Assembly: GCA_034211115.1 (NCBI GenBank)
Contig: JAXHTH010000210.1
Location: 546-64,545 of the forward strand
Length of the DNA: 64,000 nucleotides
Source: Planctomycetota bacterium
Lineage (GTDB): Bacteria; Planctomycetota; Phycisphaerae; Phycisphaerales; SM1A02
Direction: 5' to 3'
This document shows, piece after piece, positions 9,571 to 19,272 of this stretch. The translations under genes and the position numbers were made by a program. The notes under the pieces were generated by a model. The model saw only the letters and a list, made by a program, of their open reading frames with translations. It had not been told where the DNA came from and made no database searches. The first letter of the stretch is position 1. Every line of letters begins with the position of its first letter.

Positions 9571-10863
9571 TCAGGTGAGGCGCAGGTGTTGATGGGGGCC
9601 GGGCGCGGTCTGCGTTTCTGATGCGTCCCCGGCCGGCCGGGACGCGGCGAGCGGGCCCGCGTGCATGCAGATCAGCGTCAGGTCGTCGACCTGGTGGAGG
9701 GAGCCGCGCTGATCGTCCAGCCGTCGTCCGATGGCGTTGATCATCTCGTGCGGCGTGGCGCACTCGACGAGCCGCTCGAACTCGTCGCGGTAGCGGGCGG
9801 TGGGCAATCGCTGCTCGTAGTTGTCGGCCTTGGGGGCGGGAAACGCCTGCTCGAAGCCGTCGGAATGGAGCAGGAGCCGATCGCCGACGGAGAGTTCGAC
9901 GTCGATCTGCTCGTAGGCCTCGTCCTCGAACACGCCCAGCAGCCCGCCGGACGTCTCGAGGAGGCGCGGCGGCTCGTCGGCCCTCAGCAGCAGCGGCGGG
10001 GGATGGCCCGCGCCGGCGAACCGCATCAGCCGGCTCCGGCAGTTGATGACTGCGTACGCCGCGGTCGCGAAGCGCGTCGTGCGACCCTGCCGGCGGATCA
10101 TGTCCTGGTTCAGTTGCGCCAGCACCTGCGAAGGCTCGACGATCCGGTAGGAGTTGCCGGTGATGATCTTCGTGGTCAGGGAGCGGCAGATGATCATGGT
10201 CATCAGCGCCGCGGGCACGCCGTGCCCCACCGCATCGGCGAGGAAGACCCCGACGTGATCGTCGTCCAGCCGGGCGATGTCGTAGATGTCGCCGGAGACG
10301 TAATGGGCCGGTCGCCAGAGGGCGGCGAACTCGACGCCGTACAGGCTGGGCAGCTCGCGGGGGAGGAACTCGCGCTGCACCATCGCGGCGAGCTGGAGTT
10401 CTTCGTGCATCCGCGCGATCTCGCCCTTCAGGCCGCCCTGGAAGCGCTGGGCGAGGGAGACCTCGTGGCGCAGACGCGTGACCTCTCGCTGCCGATGAAG
10501 CATCCCGTCCAGCGTCGCGCAGAGGCGGGCGTCGTCGATGTCCGCGGGCAGGGTGAGGGCGCCGGCGAAGCCGTAGGGGTTATCGGCGGCCGGCGGCTCG
10601 TCCAGAAGCGCCATCACCGCCACGCCCGCGTCCTCCAGGGTCGCCAGCATGGACAGGGCATGCGTTGTCTGGGCCGACCGGCCCAGCAGGAGGGCGATCA
10701 CATCGACGCCGCCGAGTTCGGCTTCATCCAGCGCCTCGCCGCAGACGGTGGTCACGTTGATCGGGCCGGCCCCGCGCCAGGCGTCCAGCAGTCGCCGGCG
10801 GAGGAGCTCGGCCGATGGCTCGCGGTCGTCGAGGAAGGCGACGATGATGTTCGAGGGTCTCAT
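9571..10863 (-). CDS. PP2C/SpoIIE-family serine phosphatase with N-terminal receiver-like domain
   Basis: The C-terminal half has YVSGDIYDI, GVFLADAVGHGVPAALMT, RFAGAGHPPPLL and LLLHSDGF (RsbU/SpoIIE motifs). Start is the ATG at 10863 (MRPSNIIVAFLDD). Confidence 0.85.
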   Translation of the reverse strand: MRPSNIIVAFLDDREPSAELLRRRLLDAWRGAGPINVTTVCGEALDEAELGGVDVIALLLGRSAQTTHALSMLATLEDAGVAVMALLDEPPAADNPYGFAGALTLPADIDDARLCATLDGMLHRQREVTRLRHEVSLAQRFQGGLKGEIARMHEELQLAAMVQREFLPRELPSLYGVEFAALWRPAHYVSGDIYDIARLDDDHVGVFLADAVGHGVPAALMTMIICRSLTTKIITGNSYRIVEPSQVLAQLNQDMIRRQGRTTRFATAAYAVINCRSRLMRFAGAGHPPPLLLRADEPPRLLETSGGLLGVFEDEAYEQIDVELSVGDRLLLHSDGFEQAFPAPKADNYEQRLPTARYRDEFERLVECATPHEMINAIGRRLDDQRGSLHQVDDLTLICMHAGPLAASRPAGDASETQTAPGPHQHLRLT

Positions 10864-11047
10864 CGCGGAGCCGGTCCTGCGGGGAGAGAGGTTATGGGCC
10901 GTCGGTGAGGCCGCGCGGCGGCGATCCCCCTCCGTCATCGTCGCGGGCGGGGGGGGCCTTGAGCGGCCAACTCCCTCTGGGGCAACACATTGTGAGCATG
11001 AGCCGGATGCCCGCCCGCCCCCGCGTGCCCGAGGCGTTGACGCCGCC

Positions 11048-11560
11048 TTACCGGGCCATCGCCTTCAGACGCTTCAGATCCAGCTCGATTTTGTCCTCCA
11101 CCCGCAGGTTCAGGCGATCCAGCCACCCGCCGCGGAGCTCGATCACGAACTGGGCCGGGTAATAACTGGGATAGGAGTCCTCCCGGACCCGCTGCTCGTA
11201 CGCCGCCACCGTCTCGTCGGCGCGTCGCGGCGGCCGCGCCTTCATCTCATGCGTTGCCGTCACCCGGCCCTGCGCATCGAGGTAGATGATGTCAATGTCG
11301 AAGAGGCAGTAGCCCATCCAGAACGACTGGTACTCCGGGCGCGGAAAGATGAACAGCATCCCTCCGTCCTCGGGAATACTCTCGCGATGCATGAGTCCCT
11401 GCGTGCGCGTGGTTTCATCGGCGGCGACCTCCAGGTGAAACTCGTGCCCCTTGATGGTGACGGTCTCCATCAGCGGGCCCGAGCGGGCCTTCTGACAGCC
11501 GGGCGCGGCGAGCAGCCACGTCAGCGACAGCAGGAGCATCAGCAGCCGGCAAGCAGCCAT
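11048..11560 (-). CDS. DUF192 domain lipoprotein
   Basis: LEVAADETTRTQGLMHRESIPEDGGMLFIFP...FWMGYCLFDIDIIYLD is the DUF192 signature. The lipobox is LLAAPGC. An alternative start at 11539 would give an ATGA overlap with the gluQ stop. Confidence 0.8.
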   Translation of the reverse strand: MAACRLLMLLLSLTWLLAAPGCQKARSGPLMETVTIKGHEFHLEVAADETTRTQGLMHRESIPEDGGMLFIFPRPEYQSFWMGYCLFDIDIIYLDAQGRVTATHEMKARPPRRADETVAAYEQRVREDSYPSYYPAQFVIELRGGWLDRLNLRVEDKIELDLKRLKAMAR

Positions 11561-12480
11561 TCGTGATCTTCCTCGGTGAACGTGACGGGAGTGGGGGGAA
11601 GCCTATCGAGAAGAAACCGATCGCGGAAGTCCGCCGCGGTCATCTCCGCCGGCTCGTCGATGATGCCCGACCAGGCGGCGAGCAGGCCGACGATCCGCTC
11701 CGGCCGCACGCCGGACCGCTGATAGGTCGCCAGCCGGGTGTCGCCGTGACGTTTGGCCAGCCTCCGGCCGTCCGTGCCGACGACGAGCGGCAGATGGCAG
11801 AAGCGGGGCGGGCGGAGATCCAGGGCCTCGTAGAGCATCATCTGCCGGGCCGCCGAGGGCAGCAGATCGTCGCCCCGCACGACGTCCGTCACCCCCTGGC
11901 GGGCATCGTCGACGACCACGGCAAGCTGGTAGGCGGGCACGCCGCGGCGGGTCCACACCACGAAATCGCCCACCTCCTTCTGCGGGCGGTGGATCGACGG
12001 ACCGGCGAAGTCATCGTCGATCCGGATCGCCTCGTCGGGAGCGAGAAACCGGTAGTTGGTGTCCTCCTGCCCGAATCCCCGCCGCTCATCCTCCGCAGGC
12101 CGAAGTTCGGGCGGAAAGCGGAGCTCGTGCTCGTCGGCGTGCGGGGCCGAGGCGGCCTGCTCGATCTGCTTGCGCGTCAGGGCGCAGGCGTAGACCCGGC
12201 CCCGATCGGTTAGAACCCGCATGGCGCGGCGGTAGGGGGCCAGATCGTCGCTCTGGCGGAGAATGGGGCCGTCGTGATCCAGTCCCAGCCAGGCGAGGAT
12301 CTCCAGGGCCTGCTGCGTGGCCTGGGGCTTCACCCGCGGCCCGTCGAGGTCGTCCACCCGCATCAGCAGCCGCCACCCGCCGCGGCGGGCGAGGGCCCAG
12401 TTGATGACAAACGTCCGGGCATTGCCCAGGTGCAGGGCGCCGGTGGGGGAGGGGGCGAGGCGGGAGACGCGGTTGGTCAT
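11539..12480 (-). CDS. gluQ: tRNA glutamyl-Q(34) synthetase (GluQRS)
   Basis: RLAPSPTGALHLGNARTF (HIGH-type motif), RVDDLD, YQLAVVVDDARQGVTDVVRGDDLL and RLAKRHG (KMSKS-like). At 313 aa it is a truncated GluRS paralog. Confidence 0.9.
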   Translation of the reverse strand: MTNRVSRLAPSPTGALHLGNARTFVINWALARRGGWRLLMRVDDLDGPRVKPQATQQALEILAWLGLDHDGPILRQSDDLAPYRRAMRVLTDRGRVYACALTRKQIEQAASAPHADEHELRFPPELRPAEDERRGFGQEDTNYRFLAPDEAIRIDDDFAGPSIHRPQKEVGDFVVWTRRGVPAYQLAVVVDDARQGVTDVVRGDDLLPSAARQMMLYEALDLRPPRFCHLPLVVGTDGRRLAKRHGDTRLATYQRSGVRPERIVGLLAAWSGIIDEPAEMTAADFRDRFLLDRLPPTPVTFTEEDHEWLLAGC

Positions 12481-12557
12481 GGCGGCGGCGGCGTGTATAG
12501 TGCGCCCATCGGCTCGGCATTTCCACTGTCAGGCAGGACGGCCAACGGAGTGTAGCC

Positions 12558-12845
12558 ATGGAGAAGCTGCCCCAAGAGGATCTTGACGCGAGGCTCGGTT
12601 CGTTCCCCGACTGGTCCATCAACGGGGACGCCCTGCAGCGCACCTTCAGCTTCGACGATTTCCTCGGCGCCATGGCCTTCGTCAATCGCGTGGCCGAGCT
12701 CGCCGAACGCCACCAGCATCACCCGGACATCATGATCCGCTACAACAAAGTGACGCTGACGCTGACCACCCACGATGCCGGCGGGCTGACGGAGAAGGAC
12801 TTCACCTTCGCGGGTGACACGGACGGCCTGGCCGCCTCGTCCTGA
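12558..12845 (+). CDS. phhB: 4a-hydroxytetrahydrobiopterin (pterin-4-alpha-carbinolamine) dehydratase
   Basis: At 95 aa, FDDFLGAMAFVNRVAELAERHQHHPDIMIRYNKVTLTLTTHDAGGLTEKD is the PCD signature. Confidence 0.9.
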   Translation: MEKLPQEDLDARLGSFPDWSINGDALQRTFSFDDFLGAMAFVNRVAELAERHQHHPDIMIRYNKVTLTLTTHDAGGLTEKDFTFAGDTDGLAASS

Positions 12846-12925
12846 GCGGGTGCAACGCGTCTCTGGGTCGGTTTGACGCCGCGCCGCGGCCGCGGGCGGA
12901 CCTCGCCGCCGCCGGAGCCGCCCGA

Positions 12926-13963
12926 TCAGGACAGCGCCGCCCGCAGCACGTCCGCGCGGGTCTTCTGCACCTCGGCCGCCGAGAGACTCCGCCCGGCGTG
13001 GGACTGGAGATGCGCCGGCTGGACCTGGAGGAACAGCCGATTGATCAGATTCGGATCGATTTCCGGGAAGCGGCCGAGGCAGACGGCCAGCCGGACGCGG
13101 CTGAGCAGCTTCATCGCCTCCTCCACCCGCATGAGCCGCGCCGACCGGAGCGTGCCCACCGCGCGATGGATCTGATCGTCCAGCACGGTCTGGTTGCGTT
13201 CGGCGAGAATCCGCCGGGCGTGATGTTCGTACTCGATGATCCGGGGCAGGATCTTCTCTTCCAGCTCCGCGAGCAGCTCCGCCTCGCTCTTGCCCAGCGT
13301 GACCTGGTTGCTGATCTGGTAGAAGTCGCCTGACGATTCCGAGCCTTCGCCGTAGTAGCCCCGCACGGCAAGGTGCAGGTCCTTGGCCGCCCGCCGCACG
13401 CGCTCGATCTCGTTGATGATCTTCAGCGCCGGCAGATGCATCATCACCGAGAAGCGGATGCCGGTGCCGACGTTCGTCGGGCAGGCGGTGAGATATCCCC
13501 AGCGCTTGCTGAAGGCGTAATCGATGTGGGCCTCGATCGCGTCGTCCACCGCGTGGATGCGATCGTGCACGTCCGTCAACGCCAGGCCCGGGGCGAGCAC
13601 CTGCATCCGCAGATGATCCTCCTCGTTGACCATCACGCTGAGGGTCTCGTCGGAGGAGATCACCACCGCACGCTCGATGTCGGCTTCCGCGAGGTTCCTG
13701 GAGATCAGGTGCCGCTCGAAGAGCAGTTCGCGGTCGCGCGGCGTGGTCTCGACCAGATCCACCCAGGTCATGCCGTCGGCGAGGCGGCAGCGGAGCAGCA
13801 CCTGCCGGGCGATGTTGAGCAGCTCATGCCGCTGGGTGGTGGAGGCGCTGTTGACGAAGGGGAAGCCGGCGATGTTGCGGGCCAGCCGGGCCCGGCAACT
13901 GAGCACCACGTCCGCATGCGGTCCATCCGCGCTGATCCAGGGACCGTGTTCCTTGAGTTCCAT
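12926..13963 (-). CDS. mcsB: protein arginine kinase (ATP:guanido phosphotransferase)
   Basis: SCRARLARNIAGFPF, NEEDHLRMQ and LTACPTNVGTGIRFSVMMHLPAL are phosphagen-kinase catalytic-domain motifs typical of McsB. Confidence 0.9.
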   Translation of the reverse strand: MELKEHGPWISADGPHADVVLSCRARLARNIAGFPFVNSASTTQRHELLNIARQVLLRCRLADGMTWVDLVETTPRDRELLFERHLISRNLAEADIERAVVISSDETLSVMVNEEDHLRMQVLAPGLALTDVHDRIHAVDDAIEAHIDYAFSKRWGYLTACPTNVGTGIRFSVMMHLPALKIINEIERVRRAAKDLHLAVRGYYGEGSESSGDFYQISNQVTLGKSEAELLAELEEKILPRIIEYEHHARRILAERNQTVLDDQIHRAVGTLRSARLMRVEEAMKLLSRVRLAVCLGRFPEIDPNLINRLFLQVQPAHLQSHAGRSLSAAEVQKTRADVLRAALS

Positions 13964-14005
13964 GGCTGGGATGGTCCACGCGCATCGGCCCGCCGGGCTG
14001 ATCCG

Positions 14006-14548
14006 TCAGGCTCGTTCCGGTGCGGCGGCGCTGTCCGGTTCCACCGCCGGGACCTCCGCCTCCAGCGCCTGGATCCGGTCGCGGAGCTCCGCCGCCCGCT
14101 CGTACTGCTCGGCCGCCACCGCGTCCTCGAGATCCTTGATCAGGCGCTGCATCCGAAGCTGGCGGTCGATGGACGCTCCGCCCCGCCGCGGACACTTGCC
14201 GCAATGACTGGTGCCTCCGTTCTGCGCCCGCTCGATCATCGGCCCGAGGTGTTTCTCGAAGGCGTCGTAGCAGTCGGGGCAACCCACGACGCCGATCCGC
14301 CGGAACTTCGCGAAGCTCATGCCGCACGTCGGGCACGTGTTGTGCGACGCGCGCGGCTTGCGGCTTCCCTTGCTCACCACGAACTGCGTGAGCACCTCGT
14401 CGATCGGCGCCTGGCCGGGAACGGTCAGCCCCGCCTCCTTGGCGTGCATCTCGCAGAGGTGGATCTCGTGCGTCTCGCCGTTCCTGACGCGCGTCTCGTG
14501 CACCACCGCCGGCCTGTCGCAGCAATCACACTTCATCACTTCTGCCAT
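14006..14548 (-). CDS. mcsA: UvrB/UvrC-motif protein, McsA-like activator of McsB
   Basis: N-terminal Cys pairs (CDCCDRP...HLCEMH; CPTCG...CPDCY) and a C-terminal UVR motif LEDAVAAEQYERAAELRDRIQALE. It lies immediately upstream of mcsB on the same strand. Confidence 0.8.
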   Translation of the reverse strand: MAEVMKCDCCDRPAVVHETRVRNGETHEIHLCEMHAKEAGLTVPGQAPIDEVLTQFVVSKGSRKPRASHNTCPTCGMSFAKFRRIGVVGCPDCYDAFEKHLGPMIERAQNGGTSHCGKCPRRGGASIDRQLRMQRLIKDLEDAVAAEQYERAAELRDRIQALEAEVPAVEPDSAAAPERA

Positions 14549-14648
14549 AGTATCCCGCCCCCTGCGGCGATGCCATCTTCATTTGTCGACAGGGCCGCCC
14601 GGCCGCCTGGGCGGTTATCGTCCCCCGCGACGCGGTCGGAGGCGGCGA

Positions 14649-15302
14649 TCACGCCCGCCCCAGGACCGCCTCCAGCCGTTCGATCGCCTTTCGGACCTCC
14701 TTCACCTCCGCCTCCAGCGCCTCCACGCGGCGGGCGAGCGATGCTTCGCCCGTTTCGCCGACGGCCGGGGCCGCGCCCGACGCCGCCGGCGACGCCTCGA
14801 GGGCGTGCAGATCCGGGCACAGAAGCTGGGCGAACCGCGCCGCACGGCTCCCCGGCGCGGGCGATAACCGCCGGACATACGGCTCCGGCCGCTCCGACAG
14901 ATGCTCCAGCACGTTCGTGACGACCTCCATCGATTCCAGCGGATGCATGCGCGAGGCCCGGCTTCGCAGCTCACCCGCCGTCTGCGGACCCCGCAAGAGC
15001 AGTTCGGCGAGGATGACCAGCTCGGCCGTCGAAACCTCCAGCCCCTCCCGGGCCGTGTGACGGAACTTCTCGACCCGACTGCCGCTGAGCATCACCTCCC
15101 GAACCAGCGCCTTGCCCCGCAGGCTGTCCAGCGCCTCCAGGACCTGCTCCTCGCTCATCGCGAGGATCGGGTCGCGATTGCTCTTCTGGTTCGCGCCCGC
15201 CTGCAGCGCGTTGAGCGTCAGCGGATACTGGGCGGGTGTCGTCTGGGCCTTCTCGATCAGGACGCCGAGGACACGGCATTCGTCCGGGGTCAGCTCGATC
15301 AT
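14649..15302 (-). CDS. YceH/DUF480 family protein
   Basis: MIELTPDECRVLGVLIEKAQTTPAQYPLTLNALQAGANQKSNRDPI... matches the N-terminal signature of the YceH family. The C-terminus is coiled-coil. Confidence 0.85.
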   Translation of the reverse strand: MIELTPDECRVLGVLIEKAQTTPAQYPLTLNALQAGANQKSNRDPILAMSEEQVLEALDSLRGKALVREVMLSGSRVEKFRHTAREGLEVSTAELVILAELLLRGPQTAGELRSRASRMHPLESMEVVTNVLEHLSERPEPYVRRLSPAPGSRAARFAQLLCPDLHALEASPAASGAAPAVGETGEASLARRVEALEAEVKEVRKAIERLEAVLGRA

Positions 15303-15529
15303 GCTCGAAGTCTACCGGGTTCCCGCCGCCGTGGGCCGCATTTGGGAGCCGCGGGGGGCGAACCGCCGATGACAGAATCGAGCCGTCCTGCCCTGGAGGG
15401 GCCCGCGTCGTGCCCGATGCCCACGCAACCTGCGGATTCGCGCCGCTTCTGACCGGCTCGTCGCCGACGGGCGCGCCGCTCATCGCCGCCCTCGAGGGGC
15501 CGCAACGCGAGCACGCGCTCGAGCAGGCC

Positions 15530-17929
15530 ATGAAGCGCCTCCACGCCGCCGGCGATGTGCACCTGCTGCTGGCGATGATCAAGGCCCTCCTCCGCCTCGG
15601 CCTCGCCGGCCTCGCCCTCCGCCTCCTTCATTCCACCCGTGTGCCGAGGCCGATGCAGAACGACCTGCGCGACCTCGCCGACGAACTTGCCGCGCTCCCC
15701 TCCGGCGAGACACCGCTGGCGGGACTCGCCGACCGGTATCGCGCCCACGCCTCCATCCTGCACGCGCGCTGGCCCCATCTCCGTGACGTGATCCCCGCCT
15801 CGCCGCCCGATCTTGACGATGTTCATCTCTTCATCACGCCCGCGGGCAACACACACGCGGTGCGCGACGACCCCGCCGGACGGCTGCACTTTCTCTTCCC
15901 CTTCGTCGATCATCACCGGCAGGCCGCGCGATTCGAGCCCGGGCCGGTGCGCGAAGGGTCGGCGGTGCGCGCGCTCGGTGTCCCGCCGCCGCCCCTGCTC
16001 ATGCGCCTCTTCGCCCTGCACACGGATTCGGATTTCCGCCCGCCCATCGACATCATCGAGCCCGATCCGCGCGTCTTCGCCCTCTGGCTGCACCTGGCGG
16101 ACATGGCGCGTTTGTTCGATGACGTTCGCATCACGCCCTTCGTCGGCCCCGATGCGCTTGGACAGTATGAGCGGTTCCGCGCCGCTCACCTCTGGCGGCC
16201 GGAGCCGACGCTCACCCTGAAAAACCACCGGCCCGACTGGCGCGCCGACGCAGCGCCGGGCGATGTCCGAACGCTTGACCAACGCGTGCGCTCCGCGGTA
16301 CGGACACGGCAGCAGGCGCTGTTCGATCGCCAGGCGGCGCGCTGGGCGTCCTGTTCCCCCGCGTCATGGGCGCGACGCTTCCGCGCCGCGACTCGCGGCG
16401 GGCCGCCCCTTCGCGTCCTCGCCCTCGCCACCCGCTACTCCACCGTCACCCGCCACGCCATGCGCGACCTCGCCGCCGCGTTCCGGCGCCGAAACTGCCA
16501 CGCCGACGTCGTCACCGAACCGCACGATTGCAGCAGTCGGATCGACACCTGGTCGCTCCTGGCCGACGAATCGTACGACCTCATCGTCGTCCTCAATCAC
16601 CTGCGCGCCCCGCTCGCCGACCAGATTCATCCGAACGTCCCGTATGTCTGCTGGATTCAGGACCACATGCCCGAGCTGTGGACGCGGTCGGCGGGCCGAT
16701 CGATCGGTGAACTGGACCTCGTCATCGGCCGCGACCGCGGCGTCCTCACCACGCTGCACGACTATCCGGCCGATCGTTTTCTCCCCGCGGGCAATCTCAC
16801 CGATCCCGTGACCTACAGCGCCGAACCGCTCGGCGAGGATGAGTCGGCGCGGTTCCGGTGCGATGTTTCTTACATCAGCCACGCCTCCGCGACGCCGGAC
16901 CGGATGATCGACGACATCGCCGCGCGCAACGCGCCCGCGACCGCCGCCTGCCTGCGGCGCGTGCTGGCGCTGATGCGCCGCCGCGTCGCCGAATCCGGCT
17001 TCGTCTCCCTTATCGACACCTACGCGATCATGCTGCAGGCCGAGCGCGAAGGCGGTGACGTCTCGTTCACGCGAGCCGAACGAAATACCCGCATGCACCC
17101 CGTCGTCCTCGCTCTCTTCGATCGTCTCTTTCGCCACGAAGCGCTGGAGTGGGTCGCGGAATGGGCCGCCGCCCGCGGTCGATCGTTCAGACTCTTCGGT
17201 CGAGGCTGGGAACGCCATCCGACCCTGCATCGCTTCGCGTGCGGCGAGCTCGCCAACGGTCGCGGGCTTCGCTGCGCCGCCCAGGCGTCGCGCATCAACC
17301 TCCAGATCAACGGCTACGGGTCGCTGCATCAGCGCCTGCTCGACAGCCTCGCCTCAGGGGGCTTCGTGCTCACCCGGTACAACCCGCATGACTTCATCCG
17401 CCCGCCGATGCTCGAGCTGCGGCGGATCATCGAATCCCGCGACATTACGAGTCTTTCGCAGCTTGTCGATCCCGCGGGTCCGGCCCCCGAGGCCGCCGCG
17501 CACCTGGAGACGCTGCGCCGCCTCCGTCAGCCGAGCGTCGCGCCGGCCGATGATCCCCTGCGCCGCCGCGAGGTCGACCTTATGTACGACGTCGGCGGCT
17601 TCCCGCGCGACAAGCTGACCGATGAGGCATTCCTCGAGTCACTCCGATCGCAACGCTACCTGCCCCACCGCCTGGCCGGCGACATCCCGGGCTTCACGCG
17701 AACCACCTTCGCCGATCGCGGCGCCCTGCACGACATGCTCGATCATTATGTTGATGATGACGCCGCACGTCGTGAACTCTCCGAGATGATGCGGCGCGAT
17801 GTGCTGGACCACGATACCTACGATTCGCTCGTCCGGCGCATCACCCGCCATTTCACGTGCCTGCCGTCGTCGCGTCCCGCGCGTGCGGGCGCAGCCACCG
17901 CGCCGAAGACGACGGGAGGCGTCACCTGA
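15530..17929 (+). CDS. large glycosyltransferase-like protein with CgeB/DUF3880-type C-terminal domain
   Basis: High GC3 in this frame. The C-terminal region FRLFGRGWERHPTLHRFACGELANGRGLRCAAQASRINLQINGYGSLHQRLLDSLASGGFVLT resembles the CgeB-family GT domain. The start is uncertain: the ORF is open from 15236, with a possible GTG near 15410. The stop overlaps the next start (TGATG). Confidence 0.6.
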   Translation: MKRLHAAGDVHLLLAMIKALLRLGLAGLALRLLHSTRVPRPMQNDLRDLADELAALPSGETPLAGLADRYRAHASILHARWPHLRDVIPASPPDLDDVHLFITPAGNTHAVRDDPAGRLHFLFPFVDHHRQAARFEPGPVREGSAVRALGVPPPPLLMRLFALHTDSDFRPPIDIIEPDPRVFALWLHLADMARLFDDVRITPFVGPDALGQYERFRAAHLWRPEPTLTLKNHRPDWRADAAPGDVRTLDQRVRSAVRTRQQALFDRQAARWASCSPASWARRFRAATRGGPPLRVLALATRYSTVTRHAMRDLAAAFRRRNCHADVVTEPHDCSSRIDTWSLLADESYDLIVVLNHLRAPLADQIHPNVPYVCWIQDHMPELWTRSAGRSIGELDLVIGRDRGVLTTLHDYPADRFLPAGNLTDPVTYSAEPLGEDESARFRCDVSYISHASATPDRMIDDIAARNAPATAACLRRVLALMRRRVAESGFVSLIDTYAIMLQAEREGGDVSFTRAERNTRMHPVVLALFDRLFRHEALEWVAEWAAARGRSFRLFGRGWERHPTLHRFACGELANGRGLRCAAQASRINLQINGYGSLHQRLLDSLASGGFVLTRYNPHDFIRPPMLELRRIIESRDITSLSQLVDPAGPAPEAAAHLETLRRLRQPSVAPADDPLRRREVDLMYDVGGFPRDKLTDEAFLESLRSQRYLPHRLAGDIPGFTRTTFADRGALHDMLDHYVDDDAARRELSEMMRRDVLDHDTYDSLVRRITRHFTCLPSSRPARAGAATAPKTTGGVT

Positions 17930-19272
17930 TGCACTGGGTGCTCGTCAGCGCGCGGCATCATCCTTCTCACGGCGGGATCGGCGCGCATGTCTGGTCCTTC
18001 TGCACTGCGGCCCGCGAGGCCGGCTGGCGCGTCGATCTTCTCACCCGTCCCGGACCGACTTACCCGCCGGCGGAACAGGTTCACGTCATCCGGACCCGCG
18101 ATGATCGTCACGATTTCGGCAGGCGAATTGCAGCGCTGCGCTCCATCGAGCGCATTCGCCCCTATCGCTACGGCCTCTGGTCGCTCGCCGTCGCCGAGCG
18201 GCTGCGGGAATTCGAGGTCAGGCCGGATGCGATCGAATTCGTCGACTGCCAGGCGGAGGGGTATGCGTCCCTGTGCAGCCATCGTGTTCGCGACCGCTTT
18301 CCGGGGGTGCCGATGATCGTGCACGCGCACACGCCGATGTTCATCGAGGAGTCGATCAACGGATGCGATGCGCGACGCTTCGGCCGGTCCATCTATCACG
18401 GTTGGGAGCGCGCAGCGCTGCGCGCCGCGGACGGCATCATCACCGTCAGCGCCCTGCTCGCGAAGCGCCTGGGCCAGCATACGCAGGTGATCGCTCCCTG
18501 TCTGCCGGTGGCGCCCTCCCGCTGCGGACGCGCCGATGGCTCGCGGCATCCTTATATCCTCTTCGTCGGCAGCGTTCAGCCGCGCAAGGGCGTCGATGTG
18601 TGGGCGCGAAGCCTCAACCGCGTTCTGCGGGTCCGGCCGGACGTCTCCGCCGTCCTCATCGGCTCCGATACGATGACCGGACCCGGCGAAACGAGCATGA
18701 GCACGCATGTCCGCGCGCTGATCGCTCCGGCCTTACGTTCTCGCGTCCACTGGCGCGGTCCGCTGTCGCACGGCGAGACAAGGCGCGCCATCGAATCCGC
18801 CGCGGTCGTGGTCGTCCCCAGCCGGTTCGAGAGCTTCAGTTATGTCGGCGCGGAGGCGCTGCTGTCCCGTCGACCGGTTGTTCTTTCCGATCGCGTCGGG
18901 CTGCGCGAATGGATCGGCGACCCGCCGGGTGTGCCGATCGATGACGCGGCGGCGCTGGCGCGGGCGCAGAGGTCAATCCTCGGCGAACCGTCCGCGCCGC
19001 GCCGTGCCGCCGCCCGCTTCCGTTCACTTCTTCTCGATGCCTGTACGCCCGCCCGTCACCTCCGGGAGAAGGCGGTGCTCGCCGCGCGCTTCGCGGACGT
19101 GTCCTTACGTCGCTCCTCGCGCCGACGATGCGCGGATGACGCCATCGAGCACATGCGCCGGTTCCTTCGCGGCGTCGAGACGAGGGAAGCATCAGTTGCA
19201 GCCGGGTCGCGAGGAGCACGCGTGAGCGCATCTTCCCTGGAGGGCAATACCGAGGAGCCCGCATACTGTTGA
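17929..19272 (+). CDS. glycosyltransferase family 4 (GT-B, GT1-type)
   Basis: HGGIGAHVWSF, FVGSVQPRKGVD and VVVVPSRFESFSYVGAEALLSRRPVV (E-x7-E region). Start is the ATG at 17929. Confidence 0.85.
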   Translation: MHWVLVSARHHPSHGGIGAHVWSFCTAAREAGWRVDLLTRPGPTYPPAEQVHVIRTRDDRHDFGRRIAALRSIERIRPYRYGLWSLAVAERLREFEVRPDAIEFVDCQAEGYASLCSHRVRDRFPGVPMIVHAHTPMFIEESINGCDARRFGRSIYHGWERAALRAADGIITVSALLAKRLGQHTQVIAPCLPVAPSRCGRADGSRHPYILFVGSVQPRKGVDVWARSLNRVLRVRPDVSAVLIGSDTMTGPGETSMSTHVRALIAPALRSRVHWRGPLSHGETRRAIESAAVVVVPSRFESFSYVGAEALLSRRPVVLSDRVGLREWIGDPPGVPIDDAAALARAQRSILGEPSAPRRAAARFRSLLLDACTPARHLREKAVLAARFADVSLRRSSRRRCADDAIEHMRRFLRGVETREASVAAGSRGARVSASSLEGNTEEPAYC

